Assembly (NCBI GenBank): GCA_951406725.2
Contig: OX597825.1
Span: forward strand, 6,634,001-6,698,000
Source of the DNA: Octopus vulgaris
Lineage: Eukaryota
Length of the DNA stretch: 64,000 bases
Direction of reading: 5' to 3'
A program made the translations under genes and the position numbers. Under the pieces are notes generated by a model. It saw only the letters and a list, made by a program, of their open reading frames with translations, was not told the origin of the DNA and did no database searches. Within the stretch, counting starts at the first letter, position 1, and every line of letters begins with the position of its first letter. Shown here one piece after another: positions 12,312 to 24,302 of this stretch.

Positions 12312-13000
12312 AAGAAGAAGAAGAAGGAGAAGAAAGAGAAGAAGAAGAAGAAGAAGAAGAAGAAGAAAAAGGAGAAGAAGAAGAATTGAAGAAGGAGAAG
12401 AAGAGAAGAAGACGAAAGAGAAGAAGAAGAAGACAAAAGAGAAGAAGAGGAAGAAGAAGAAGAAAGAAGTAGAAGAAGAAAGAGAAGAAGAATTGAAGAA
12501 GTAGAAGAAGAAAGAGAAGAAGAAGAAGAGAAGAAGAATTGAAGAAGAAGGAGAAGAAGAAGAAGAAGAAGAAGAGAAGAAGAAGAAGAAGAAGAAGAAA
12601 AAGGAGAAGAAGAATTGAAGGAGAAGAAGAAGAAGAAAAAGGAGAAGAAGAAGAATTGAAGAAGGAGAAGAAGAAGATGAAAGAGAAGAAGAAGAAGACA
12701 AAAGAGAAGAAGAAGAAGAAGAAGAAAGAAGTAGAAGAAGAAAGAGAAGAAGAATTGAAGAAGGAGAAGAAGAAGAAGAAGAGAAGAAGAATTGAAAAAG
12801 AAGAAGAATTGAAGAAGAAGAAGAATTGAAGAAGAAGAAGAATTGAAGAAGAAGAAGAAGAATTGAAGAAGGAGAAGAAGATGAAGAAGAAAGAGAATAA
12901 GAATAAGAATAAGAAGAAGAAGAAAGAGATGAAGAATTGAAGAAGGATTGAAGAAGAAGAAGAAGAAAAAGAAGAATAAGAAAAAGAAGAAAAAATGAGA
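12312..13000. repeat. About 690-bp (GAA)n-derived polypurine tract with higher-order units
   Basis: Recurrent gaagaattgaagaaggagaagaa units; + strand almost all purines. Confidence 0.97.
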
Positions 13001-13440
13001 TGATAAAGTGACTTGCTGCCATCTCTAACAGACACAGCTACACTGGTATAGGTGTATAGGAGAATGAAGAATACAAAGCAGGTGAGAGAACTGCTGTGAG
13101 CAGACGAAAGATGGTGCCAGGGAATGAGGAATACGAAGGATAAAAATATGGAGGTAGTGGTGTTATCTGAGGGTGTTGAGCCTTGGAACTAAAATGGTAA
13201 ATGGTGAAGGAGTCTGGCGGTAATGCCACTGTACTCAGACCCACATGACATAGGTTTATATATAAAAAGAAATGTAAGCATAATAATAATAATAATGTTT
13301 GGTTACTATGGAAATAGAGAGGAATGGAGGGAAGGGTGAGTGAGAGGAGGAGGAAGTTAGGATTATAAATTACAGTCTAATACCATAGGTTTCATGTCAA
13401 CAGATGACAACCAGTTGATCTCTTTGACCAGCATTAATGA

Positions 13441-13852
13441 AACTTGAATAACAAACCATAGAAGTTGCTTAAATCCTAAGCAATGCATTCACACACATAC
13501 ACACACACGCACGCACACACACACACACACACAAAAACCCCCACACATACACAAACACACACACATACACACACACACAAAAAACAAAAACACACAAAAT
13601 TAAATAATTATAGACGTTTCTTAAATCTTAAGAAATGCACTCACACACACACATACATACATGCACACAAACACACACACATACACAAACAAATACACAC
13701 ACACACACACACACAAACAAACACACACACACAAAAACACAAACACACATACAAACTTGAATAACAATTATAGAGGTTTCTTAAATCCTAAGAAATGCAT
13801 TCACTCACACACACAAACACATGCGTACAAACACACACACACAAACACATGT

Positions 13853-13902
<50 letters not shown>
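13441..13902. repeat. Three-copy tandem repeat (about 50-bp unit + (CA)n, period about 156 bp)
   Basis: aacttgaataac...cttaaatcctaag(a/c)aatgcattcac at about 13441, 13597, 13754. Confidence 0.85.
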
Positions 13903-13906
<4 letters not shown>

Positions 13907-14058
13907 ACTGAGTATTTTTCTTTTTCTGCTTTAATATCAATATCTTACAGCAATTAAATCCGTTCTGATTGAGAAAAGTTGTTTTTCAGATTTAGAGCTT
14001 TTTTTTTTTTAAATTTTAAACATGGAAAGAAATGCTGATTGTAATGATTTCTCACAAA

Positions 14059-14274
14059 ATAATCCTTTCTATTATTGGCACAAGGCCTGAAATTTTGTGG
14101 GGAAGGGATCAATCGATTACATTGACCCCAGTGTTTAACTGGTATTTATTTCATCGACCCTGAAGGGATGAAAGGCAAAGTTGACCTCGGCAGAATTTGA
14201 GCTTAGATCGTAAAGATGGATGAAATGCCGCTAAGCATTTTGCCCAGTCTGCTAACAATTCTGCCAGCTCGCCA
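14059..14274 (-). mobile_element. tRNA-derived SINE family C (Meta/MESC-like central domain)
   Basis: Minus: ggcgagcTGGCAGAATTG...gctcaaattctgccgaggtcaactttgcctttcatccc...gtcgatgaaat...taccag; many copies in window. Confidence 0.85.
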
Positions 14275-14363
14275 CATTCAATTGCTGGCAAGATAATAAT
14301 ATAGAGTACATTATTTACATTATTTACATTTGACAGATATTTGTCCTCATCTTGTATGTTGTT

Positions 14364-14409
14364 AACACAACGTTTCTGCTGATATACTCTCCAGCCTTCT
14401 TCAGGTGTC
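14364..14409 (-). ncRNA. Minimal hammerhead ribozyme motif (P1)
   Basis: Minus: GACAC-CTGAAGA-A-GGCTG gagagtatat CAGCA-GAAA-CG-TT-GTGTT; one stem II mismatch. Confidence 0.72.
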
Positions 14410-14481
14410 TTGGGGAAACTTTGAACCTGGGTTCTCATTCCTAAGGTATACTTTTTCGATGTTATTATTATTATTATTATT

Positions 14482-14556
14482 CAGTTCACTTCTTGGAATT
14501 GAGCTCGGTATCTTGGGGTTAGTAGCCTGTGTTCTTAACCACTATGCCATATGCCC
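14482..14556 (-). promoter_or_regulatory. tRNA-like Pol III head of P1 (A box/B box)
   Basis: gggcataTGGCATAGTGGttaagaacacaggctactaacccc...GAGCTCAATTCC; other copies read AGTTCAATTCC. Confidence 0.75.
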
Positions 14557-14590
14557 ATAGAATGAGAACCCAGGTTCGAAATTTCCCCAA

Positions 14591-14633
14591 GTCACCTGAT
14601 GAAGGCTAAAGGGTATATCAGCCGAAACGTGTT
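14591..14633 (+). ncRNA. Hammerhead motif (P1), 3-nt deletion at the cleavage site
   Basis: gtcac-CTGATGA-A-GGCT aaagggtatatc AGCC-GAAA-cgtgtt. Confidence 0.65.
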
Positions 14634-14952
14634 AACAACAAACAAGATGAGGACAAATATCTATCAAATGTAAATAGTGTAAATAATGTACATAATTCCT
14701 CATCTCTTGAATATAGAACTGAACAATATAGAGTGTTAGAAGGAAATGGTTATATTTCCTATGCTGGTTAAAATAACAGAACTAAGCTGAATAATTTACT
14801 CAAAATTTCGTCACAATTAAGTCGCAGAGAATTATTTCATTCTTCTTGTTTTAATTATGTTTTTTGGTGGAATTACTGCATGCTGGTCCACCACAAGGTC
14901 CAGTCTTTATTGTGATGTTGTGGCTTCTATGCCTCGATGACTATGAAAGATA

Positions 14953-15409
14953 TTCTTTTATTTTTTTTACTTGTTTCACTCATTTGACTGTGGCCATGCT
15001 GGAGCGCCACCTTAAAGGGTAGTTGTTGAAGAAATTGACCCCAGGATTTATTCTTTGTAAGCCTAGTGCTTATTCTATTGGTCTCTTTCTGCCAAATCGC
15101 TAAGTTACAGGGACATAAATGCACTAGCATCAGTTGTCAAATGATGGCAAGGGTACAAACACAGACACACATACATATATACATACATACACCCCCCAAA
15201 CCCATACATACATACATACATCATCATCGTGTGTGTGTATGTGTGTGTGTGTGCGATGGGCTTCTTTTAGTTTCCATCAAATTAACTCTCAAGGCTTTGG
15301 TCAGCCTGAGGCTATTTTAAAAGACACCTGCCCAAGGAGCCATGCAGAGGGAGTGAACCTGGAGCCATGCATTGGAACCAAGCTTCTTAACAAACAGCTA
15401 CATGTGTCT
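14953..15409 (-). mobile_element. SINE family A, diverged
   Basis: Colinear with 2381-2788. Confidence 0.85.
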
Positions 15410-16681
15410 ACTATCAACGATGTAAATGCTGTTAGTAGGGCCTTCCATGCAGGACAGGTCAAAAGACAGGGGCCAGATTATTAAGGGTCAATTCTTCCCA
15501 GAGTTAAAAATGAGTTTGTGTAGGGCCAACACTCCTTCTAAGGAGAAAACCCCAAAGTCACAGAAGCACCAACGACAATTTGAAATCAACAAAATTTGGG
15601 AAAGAAAACAACAACCCAGAGTTGGGAACAATGGGGACAAGTTGTTGATGGTGTTTGGTCCTTAAAGAGCAAAGAGCTTAAGGTAAAAAAAAAAGAAAGG
15701 GCACTGCATATATCACTGTATATCTTCCAACACAAATAAACTATTAGTAAGAGATGTTATCTGAGTGACATTACAATAGAAAGAAGATACAGACTTCTTT
15801 CTTTTGTTTCTTAAAGATTTTGTGTGTGAGAGAGAGAGAGAGAGAAGAGAGAAAAGTTTTGTGAAATGATATTTGAATATGAATGTGTAACAGGGAGATG
15901 ATGTGTATTTCTATTTGATAATATCTTTGCATGGTTGCAAAATGTGTCAGTATGCAGTTTGTGTGTGTGTGTGTAACTATGTATCTCAATTTATATCTGT
16001 ACATATGATTATCAGTATTTTTCTATATGTGGGGGTGATGTGTCTATCTGCAGGTGGGAGAACGTTGTTAAAAGTTTTCTTCAGGTCCATAAATTTTCAG
16101 TATTTATTCGTAGCCATCCATAACTGACTCAAACTTCAATCATCTTTAAAGGCAATGCGTTGTGCTCCAGGGACGATCAGCTCAGCTGGTCTCACTCAGG
16201 TTTCCTGACTGACAAAACAGATTATAGTCCTAGTTCGGGGAAGACAGAAATGGCATCCAGCTATAAAACCATTTGTTCTATCAAAAACCAAACCATTTGC
16301 ACAAACGTAAGAAGTGGATATAAAGAGATAAAGGAAATATATTGGAATATTCCCTTTGACATCACTATGTTCATAGAGGAATGAATACCATAATTTAGAA
16401 TAATGTTCTGTTAATTAACCCCTATGTATTTAAAGGGGAAATGTTTGATTTGACCCCAGTTGGTTCAGTATTGATTCTGGAGCTGATTTAGTGAGATTTG
16501 AAAAGGTTGGTCTGTAACTCTGTGGAAAACTACTTGCTTCCCATAGTCGTAATATACCATATTTCTGAAGACATTAATAGAAGCAAAGCCATTATTGTGA
16601 CAGCAGTTACCCAAGGGAACGTTTAATAAAGGAAAGTTTTTAGAAGTGAAAGTTTCAACGACACCAAGTAATGCAATATAC

Positions 16682-16767
16682 TTCAACATGTTGAAACATA
16701 TTCGTTGCCGTTAGTAAATATTTGTAAGATTCCGTCAAGACCGGACTTAGATTGGAAAAAAAGTTGT
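16682..16767 (-). other. Candidate exon (86 nt), product unknown
   Basis: Acceptor ttgtcgtgtttttcag, open NFFSNLSPVLTESYKYLLTATNMFQHVE, weak donor GAA|GTATAT. Confidence 0.18.
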
Positions 16768-17075
16768 CTGAAAAACACGACAAATAAAATTACAGCAAAA
16801 ACCAAAGGAATTTACTATGCTAAAGACGGCTTACAAAATATTTATTTATCAACAAATATTTATTTTCTCTCAGCTACAATGCTCTCCCAGTATTGGCACC
16901 GAGATCTCAGAACTCTTTCTTATTCTCAGAATGTGCTGATAAACATAAGACCAATGAGAATAGAACCGTTTTGTCCTGAAGGAGTAGTTTAATTCAAAAG
17001 AGTTTAAAAGGGATAAAGAGAAACAAAAAACAAAAACAAAGAAAAGTAGTGGAAAACTATACGAATATAAATAAA

Positions 17076-17481
17076 AGTGCAGGCATGGCTGTGTGGTAAG
17101 AAGTTTGATTCTCAACCACAAGGTTCTGGGTTCAGTCCCACAGAGTGACATCTTGGGCAAGTGTCTTCTACTATATACTTGTGCCAACCAAAGCCTTGGG
17201 AGTGAATTTGGAAGACAAAATTTGAAAGAAGCCCTTTGTATGTATGAATGTATGTATGTATGTGTGTGTGTGTGTCTGTATGTTTATGTTTGTCCCCTAT
17301 CTGACAACTGAGGCCGGTTCTATGTTCCTGTAACTTAGCAGTTTGACAAAGAAGACTGATAGAATAAGTACCAGGCTAAAAGAAAATACAAGTACCGGGG
17401 TTGATTCCTTTGACTAAATACTCTTCAAGACTGCTCCAGCATGGCAGCAGTCTAATAACTGAAACAAGTAAATGACAAGAA
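17076..17481 (+). mobile_element. SINE family A
   Basis: gtgcaggcatggctgtgtggtaag...gggttcagtccc...gaaacaagtaaa. Confidence 0.88.
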
Positions 17482-18099
17482 TACCACCTGAAACTCTTGT
17501 ATACATAATTAATAAATTGTTGATCGTTTTTTTTTGGTCTTCGGTAAACGCTGACACTTTGCATAACATTCAGTAATGGAACAGAGATACTCTACGGATA
17601 ATATTAAGAAAGCATAAATTATTGATTTCGACTTAAATATAAAATACTTACAATGACAATAATATTGTTCCATATTAGCTAATGTGGAGAGGAACAAAAA
17701 AAAAAAAAAACTTTTTCCTTGTGTTTCTCTTTTAGCAACGATTTAAGGAGTTTTTGTCCATGCTTTTATAAAAACACATAGATTGTTTTTCACTAAACTG
17801 CTTTGATCAGTAAATTATTTATCATCTTCCAAAGTATTATAGATTGAACTTGACTAAATACAACGGTAACTTGTACAAAATTCACTGATCACATGGGAAA
17901 AGAAGAAAAATTTGACTTTGAAGAGATTTGAGCATAAATTTTGGGAAAGTGAAATTAGATAATGTGAAATAATAAGTTCACTGCCACATCGACAAAGCCA
18001 TCCCCAATGACATATTTCTTCTTCTTATATATTGTAATAATAATAATAATGATAATAATAATAATAATAATAATAATCATCATAATTATAATAATAATA

Positions 18100-18237
18100 G
18101 TTTAGTGCAGCTCCAGAAAACAGTATTCTTAGGGACAGCTAGAATACTTAGGAAGGTTCTTGGCATCTAAGGTTGCTTCTGGCAGCCTGAAGCTAGGGAT
18201 TTTTTTCCAACAGTCTAATTTGTTGTGCATATATGAA
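18100..18237 (+). mobile_element. R4/Dong-type LINE 3' end in (TAA)n
   Basis: VQLQKTVFLGTARILRKVLGI* then 3' UTR; (AAT)n both sides. Confidence 0.85.
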
Positions 18238-18249
18238 ATAATAATAGTA

Positions 18250-18303
<54 letters not shown>

Positions 18304-18305
<2 letters not shown>

Positions 18306-18428
18306 GGGCATCCAGCTCTAGGAACTCTGCCAGATCAAGATTGGAGCCTGGTGCAACCATCTGGTTCGCCAGTCCTCAGTCAAATTGTCCAACCCATGCT
18401 AGCATAGAAAGCGGACGTTAAACGATGA
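18304..18428 (+). mobile_element. RTE-LINE 3' end (family B)
   Basis: aagggcatccagct...aacccatgctagcat...ggacgttaaacgatg. Confidence 0.85.
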
Positions 18429-19061
18429 ATAATACTAATACTAATAATACTACTACTAATAATAATGATAAATTATCTACAATGATGTATGTATATTGAA
18501 TCTAACCTGAACCATTACATCTTATTTCCGTTAGTTCTTATCTGAACAAGATCTGGGGAAAGTCTATTTCGATGACCATGTAATATTCTGTGAGAGAGAG
18601 GTTTGACAGACCTGTGGCTATTATGTATTTCAAAATGTCCAAATGGCAGGAGACTGTAGATTAATTCATTGATTTTCTTCCTGAGAATCAAATTTCTAAT
18701 GAAGATGTTGATTATCCATCTTTTTACACCTATACATCTATAGGTTGGACAGGTATTCTTTACAGCATATTAAGAATTACCTTTGCTTGTCATCATCTCT
18801 TCTTTTATATGCAATATTTGGGAATCCAACCTTGCCATTTATTCCTATATCTTCTTAGACTTTCTTCTTCCTATGTCAATATTCATTCTCTATTCACTTC
18901 ACATCTATGTCAACACAGACATTACTCCAATAGAATCCATGAGAGCCAGTGCCTGGTACAGCATCAGGGCAATTATTACCATCATCATCATCATCACCAC
19001 CACTGCCACCACCACCACCACCACCACCACCATCTACACTTCCAGTCGGTTAAAATCAGAA

Positions 19062-19352
19062 GCCATGAGAACCAGTGCCTGGTACTGCATCAGGGTGTTG
19101 CCAGTGCCGCTGAACTGGCTCCTGTGCAGGTGGCACATAAAAAGCACCATTTGAGCGTGGCCGTTGCCAGTACCACCTAACTGGCCCTCGTGCCGGTGGC
19201 ACATAAAAGCACCCACTACACTCTTGGAGTGGTTGGCATTAGGAAGGGCATCTACCAATTGAAACTCTGCCAGATCAGATTGGAGTCTGGTTCGCAGACC
19301 CCAGTGAAATCATCCAACCCATGCTAGCATGGAAAGCAGACGTTAAACAATG

Positions 19353-19354
<2 letters not shown>
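19062..19354 (+). mobile_element. RTE-LINE 3' end (family B)
   Basis: ggtggcacataaaaagcacc subrepeats plus conserved end. Confidence 0.85.
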
Positions 19355-19397
<43 letters not shown>

Positions 19398-19964
19398 GCA
19401 GCATAAACAATGTTTTGGGTACAGTGATGGTTGGAGTTGAATAATGAAAACTTTCACTATGGCTGAAGATCAATATATTTTCAATAAGTTAAAGGAACAT
19501 TTGAAAGTTTTTATGTGTGTTTTAGTGACCTTTAATTGAAAGACTATCGCTAAATTTAGAGACAAATAAAGAAAACTGCAAATAAATAAATAAATAAATA
19601 AGAAATTAGAAAATAAAAAATCTTGAATGATAGAAAAAGAGTGAGACTAGTAAAATGATTCCCCTTTACCAACATTGGTAAATCTAAGAGAATTCCTGAC
19701 ATATGACTGTAGCAACTATTATTTACAGGACACCCTTCACACACACACACACACATTTTAATCACCTCAGTTCACTTTTTAATAAGGTACTGCATCAGAT
19801 TTAATAGCTTATTTATTTTTTTAGAGCAGTTTTAAAAGAATAAAGTAATAAATGATTATTAAACATGGTGTTGATATTGATTGTAACTTTAAGTCTTTTT
19901 AATTATGTTTTGGGGTTGAAGCAAGAACCAAAAAAGTAGTCTTGGAATGAGATATGCCAACATC

Positions 19965-20606
19965 GGCAAAGGTGTAGTTGTGTGGCAAGAAGCTTGCTTC
20001 TCAACCACATGGTTCCAGATTCAGTCCCACTGCGTGGCATCTTGGGCAAATGTCTTCTACTGTAGCCTGGGGCTGACCAAAGCCTTGTGAGGGGATTTGG
20101 TAGAAGGAAACTGAAAGAAGCCCATCGTGTGTCTGTGTGTGACCCTTCTGTCCGGCACTAGTCGCCATGATTGATCGTTAGCCACTACACATATTTTTTT
20201 CGCTCCTTGTTTTTCCTGTGTCCCTTTCTGTAGAGGAGCGTAGGCTCGAAGCGTAAAAGACTTTTTCTATTCCTGAGCGTTATACTAATACATCTGTTTG
20301 TTTTGTACATCACCTCTCTTCATCTTTTGACTTTTTCGTAAACTCACCCTATATGTAATTAATAATATCAGGGTAATAAAGATTTTTGAAATTTTTACTA
20401 TCAGTGGCCTAGCGTATAGTAAAATTGGTCAATAGACTATATATTATTTATATAAAAAAGCCTGAAACCATGCTCCAGGAAATAGATGGTAAATGTTTTT
20501 ATTTTTCATTCCCTTTGAGATTTTATCCCTAATTAGTGGTTTGAACTTTAGCTGTTCCTTCTAGTGTAAGGGAGTGCTCCAGCATGGCTGCAGTCAAGTA
20601 AAAGAA
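19965..20606 (+). mobile_element. SINE family A, disrupted by nested inserts
   Basis: 5' half 19965-20140; 3' remnant gtgctccagcatggctgcagtcaa at 20574-20606. Confidence 0.7.
20140..20349 (+). mobile_element. Family P2 with hammerhead-like motif
   Basis: CTTT-CTGTAGA-G-GAGC gtag GCTC-GAAG-CG-TA-AAAG at 20224-20259. Confidence 0.75.
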
Positions 20607-20651
20607 TTGGCATAATTACAAGTTAGAGCCAATAAGTTATATCTTCAGACA

Positions 20652-20766
20652 TTCTTTTAATCTTTTACTTGCTTCAGTCATTTGACTTTGGCCATGCTGG
20701 AGCACCACATTTAGTCATGCAACTTGACCCCAGCACTTATTTTTTGTAAGTCTAGTACTTATTCTA
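20652..20766 (-). mobile_element. SINE family A 3' fragment
   Basis: cttttacttgcttcagtcatttgact...ctagtacttattcta. Confidence 0.8.
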
Positions 20767-21431
20767 TTAGGGGAGAGGGATGTGACAGAAAATGAAGCAG
20801 AGGGTGAGGAAGCAGTGGATGAGTGCATCAAGGGAAGTAAGAGAGAGAGAGAGACATGTTAAAGGGTGTCTTGGAATTGTGAGGGCAAGTAATACAACAG
20901 GATGCCTGTAGCAAATGAGACAAAAGGGAGCTGTGAGTGATAAAGGGACACAAATGGTATTTCTAATAACTGGTGCTATTTGTTGGTTGCAACAACTCAT
21001 GACACAAAAGCTGCTGTTGTTTGGTGAAGGGGTCAGGATTTGATCTCAGAATGTACAGAGGCAGAACAGTTAGCACAAAACATCCTACATTCTAACGAAA
21101 CCACCAGTTTCCCACTTTGGACTGGTTCTTTATCAATCCACAAAAAAAAAAAAAAAGATCAAAGTTGACAGTTGTGGTGTTAGAATTTAGATGCAAAGAA
21201 TCAGAGCTAATACTTCAAGATCTTCTATCCAATATTCTAATGCCCTTCCCAATTCACCACTTTTAAGGGAATTGAGACAAAGACATAGAATTGGTTAGGG
21301 AGTTTATTTTAACTCTTAAAGTTCATAGTGTTCTCTCTATATAAATCTCTGAGTCCTGTTAGCAACTAGAGATGTTCATAAAATGCAGTTAGTCCAGTAT
21401 AAAAACGATATATACATATATATGCATACAT

Positions 21432-21480
<49 letters not shown>

Positions 21481-21559
21481 CATATATATACATAAACATA
21501 TACATACATACACATATGCATATATATACATACATATATGTACATACATAAATGTTCAT

Positions 21560-21608
<49 letters not shown>

Positions 21609-21699
21609 CATTGCATGAATTTGGTTTTGTTGCATTAGAAAAGGCAAGAAGAAAGAGACAGAAGTTGTTGGGAAATAATTTCATGCCAGTCAATCAGGA

Positions 21700-22215
21700 A
21701 ACCCCTTAGTTTGGAAGTATCTAGAATGTCTGGAAGCATCTAGCACTGACCAAAATGTGGGAGCAGTTGTCCATTGTAATTCACAGGGGGACTTAGAGTG
21801 AGGTAGGTCAGGGAGGAAATGAAAGGTGGCATCATCTATAGAGGAATATAGATTGCTGAAGTGGCAACAGATGCATGGAAGGAAAATGTGAAGAACACCA
21901 GAGTTTAAAGATTGTGGGTCACAGAGGGTTCTGTCAGCACATGGTATGATGTTGCAACAGATATGAAGTCATTATCCAAGAGACGAGAGGTGAATAGAAT
22001 TTTGCCAGGAATTCTGCATGTCAAAGACACTTGAATGTTTTGCTGATGTCAAATGCAAGACTGTGTTCACCAAAATTCTAGGGGTGATGATCCTTAAGTG
22101 AATGGCACAAAAGACTAAATTTCCAGTAGATTTGGCTTCACGGTTAAATGGTTACCGCTGTCACTTTTGAGACAGTGAGGGTGAGTACAAGCAGAAATGA
22201 TAATTGGCAGAGACA
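21700..22215 (-). pseudogene. Highly decayed CR1/L2/Jockey-type RT remnant
   Basis: Minus translations SLNSGVL and SNLYSSIDDATFH in the order expected for NSGVPQG and YADD motifs. Confidence 0.4.
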
Positions 22216-22562
22216 AGGGTGTTGATAGATATTCAACACACACACACACACACACACACGTTATTAGAGAGGTTTGAATTAAATATTTACAAGTTTCTTC
22301 TTGTAGGTATAGCTCTTTATGTATAGTACACTTGTCTCAAGTGCTTAATGTATTTTTAAGGAAAACACTTTAACCTCTTACCTCTCAATAATACGCTAGC
22401 TACTCAGCAACAAGAATTATTTGGTTTATGGAAAATGCTAAATTTTCAAGACTAAAGACAGAACCAAAGCAGACTCTGGCTTCTGAAGTATCACTTGTCT
22501 TATAACCATGTCTGAGTTGCTATTGGAAGAATATTTTGGATAGTCTTCCATCTACTTTGGTA

Positions 22563-22953
22563 TCAACTTAAGTTTAGTTTCCAGTTTTTAAACCACCACT
22601 GTTTAATTCCATCCTGATAAAAATAAAACCAAAACGAAAATACATTCCGTATCTGTATCAAAGAAATAGTTTCCACTAAAACTGGTTGGGTAAAAGCACA
22701 GGCAATTCCTTGAGCAGAAAAAAAAATAATGATTGACAAATAAGCCATTTTTAAAATAGAGAATAAAGCAAATTCTAGAGTATTGGCAACAAACAGGATG
22801 GAATGGGAATTCTTGATGAAGATGGAGAAAATGGTAATGGCACATTGCATTAATTTCCCAGAATTGTTTCCACTTTGTTTGATTAAACATTCTTTGACAT
22901 TTGAAAACAATGAGCACTTTTCTTTCTGTTGAAGATCTTTTAAAGATAAAATT
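22563..22953 (-). other. Candidate terminal exon encoding a hydrophobic 130-aa segment
   Basis: Longest non-microsatellite ORF in the track; acceptor tttttcattcatag at 22954; no recognised homology. Confidence 0.25.
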
Positions 22954-23745
22954 CTATGAATGAAAAAACAATAAGATAAAAAAAAAAATACAATAAGACA
23001 AAGCAATTAAACAGAGAATTGTTAAATTCTTGTAGACAGTGTGAGAAGAGACAATGGTTGTAAAGGGAAAAAGAGTTAAACCCAAGCTTGGAAGAAGAGA
23101 ATAGAATATTTATTTATATTCTCTTTGACTTTGGACAGAAAAAGATGAAATAAAATGAAACCATAGAAATATTCGTTTCAGCTGCTGTCATTAGGAAATA
23201 TGCTTCGTGTTACCATTTTTAGTTGTAAGAAATAATTATTTTGCATGGTAATGTATACAGAACTGAAGTAAATACTCTGAAAAATAATTTGTTGATCAAA
23301 ATAATTTAGAATTCTTGATAAAACAAAGGACATAAATACTTCATTTGTAAGAAGAAACATTTTCTTTGAATAAATAATTTAAATTCAGGCACATTAAGTT
23401 TTTCAATCAGTGTTACAACACCGTTTAACCCACATGTAGAAATATGTGTATAAGAATATATTTTTAAGGTATTATATTGCAGACTCATATAATTTATGAG
23501 TAAGATGGCACTGGAAAATGGATTATGAATGATGTGGTCACTCAACCAGCTACAAATAGCAGCCAAATCTTTCCTCTAATCATAAAATCTCTACTTGATA
23601 AATTATCAACCCACCCCAAATAGTTCTCAAACACAACCCACCCCTTATAGTTCTCAAATGCTATCTACCCAACCATATAGTCAAGGGGGCATTTTTCTTC
23701 TTTTACTTTCCTCCCCTTTTTTTTTCTTTTCTTTTCTTCACAATC

Positions 23746-23928
23746 TGGTGCATGAAAAAAGCACTCAGCATGCTGTGTAAAAGGTCGGCATTAGGAAGGG
23801 CATCCGGCTGTAGAAGCTGTGCCCCAAATTTACATTGGAGCTTGATGTGGTCCTATGGCTCATGGGATTCTGTCATACCATCCAACCCATGCCAACATGG
23901 AAATGGATGTTAAATGATGATGATGACG
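23746..23928 (+). mobile_element. RTE-LINE 3' end (family B), diverged
   Basis: ggcattaggaagggcatccggctgtagaa...ccaacccatgcc...(gat)n. Confidence 0.8.
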
Positions 23929-24062
23929 ATAATGATATTGTTTCACATACATTGTATCTATGACCATGTTATCAACTGGAATAAACTCACCTGAGCCTGG
24001 ACAATAACAACAAGAATATGGATGATGGCACCTGGATTATTACAGGTATTCGAATACTGAAA

Positions 24063-24302
24063 ATTTACATTATTTGTCCTCATCTTATTTACATATTTGT
24101 CCTCATCTTGTTTGTTGTTAACACGTTTTGGCTGATATACCCTCCAGCCTTCATCAGGTATCTTGGGGGAATTTTTGAACCTGGGTTCTCATTCCTAAGG
24201 TATTTTTTGATGTTATTATTATTATTATTATTATTAGTCAGGTCACTGCTTGGAATTGGACTCGGAATCTTGGGGTTAGTAGCCCGCACTATGCCACATG
24301 CC
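24063..24302 (-). mobile_element. Family P1, full unit (tRNA head-(AAT)n-hammerhead)
   Basis: Colinear with 14308-14556; motif at 24120-24162 has GAAA>AAAA and the 3-nt deletion. Confidence 0.85.

Larger units (their letters stand above)
14308..14721. mobile_element. Family P1: tRNA-head + hammerhead element, inverted insertion with 13-bp TSD
   Basis: Full unit on minus (14308-14556), partial unit on plus (14558-14721); TSD aa(t/c)aatatagagt at 14295-14307 and 14722-14734. Confidence 0.88.

Noticed and set aside
12182-13035. Long poly-S/F/L and poly-K/E/R ORFs
   Set aside because: Products of the GAA tract; no splice or domain evidence
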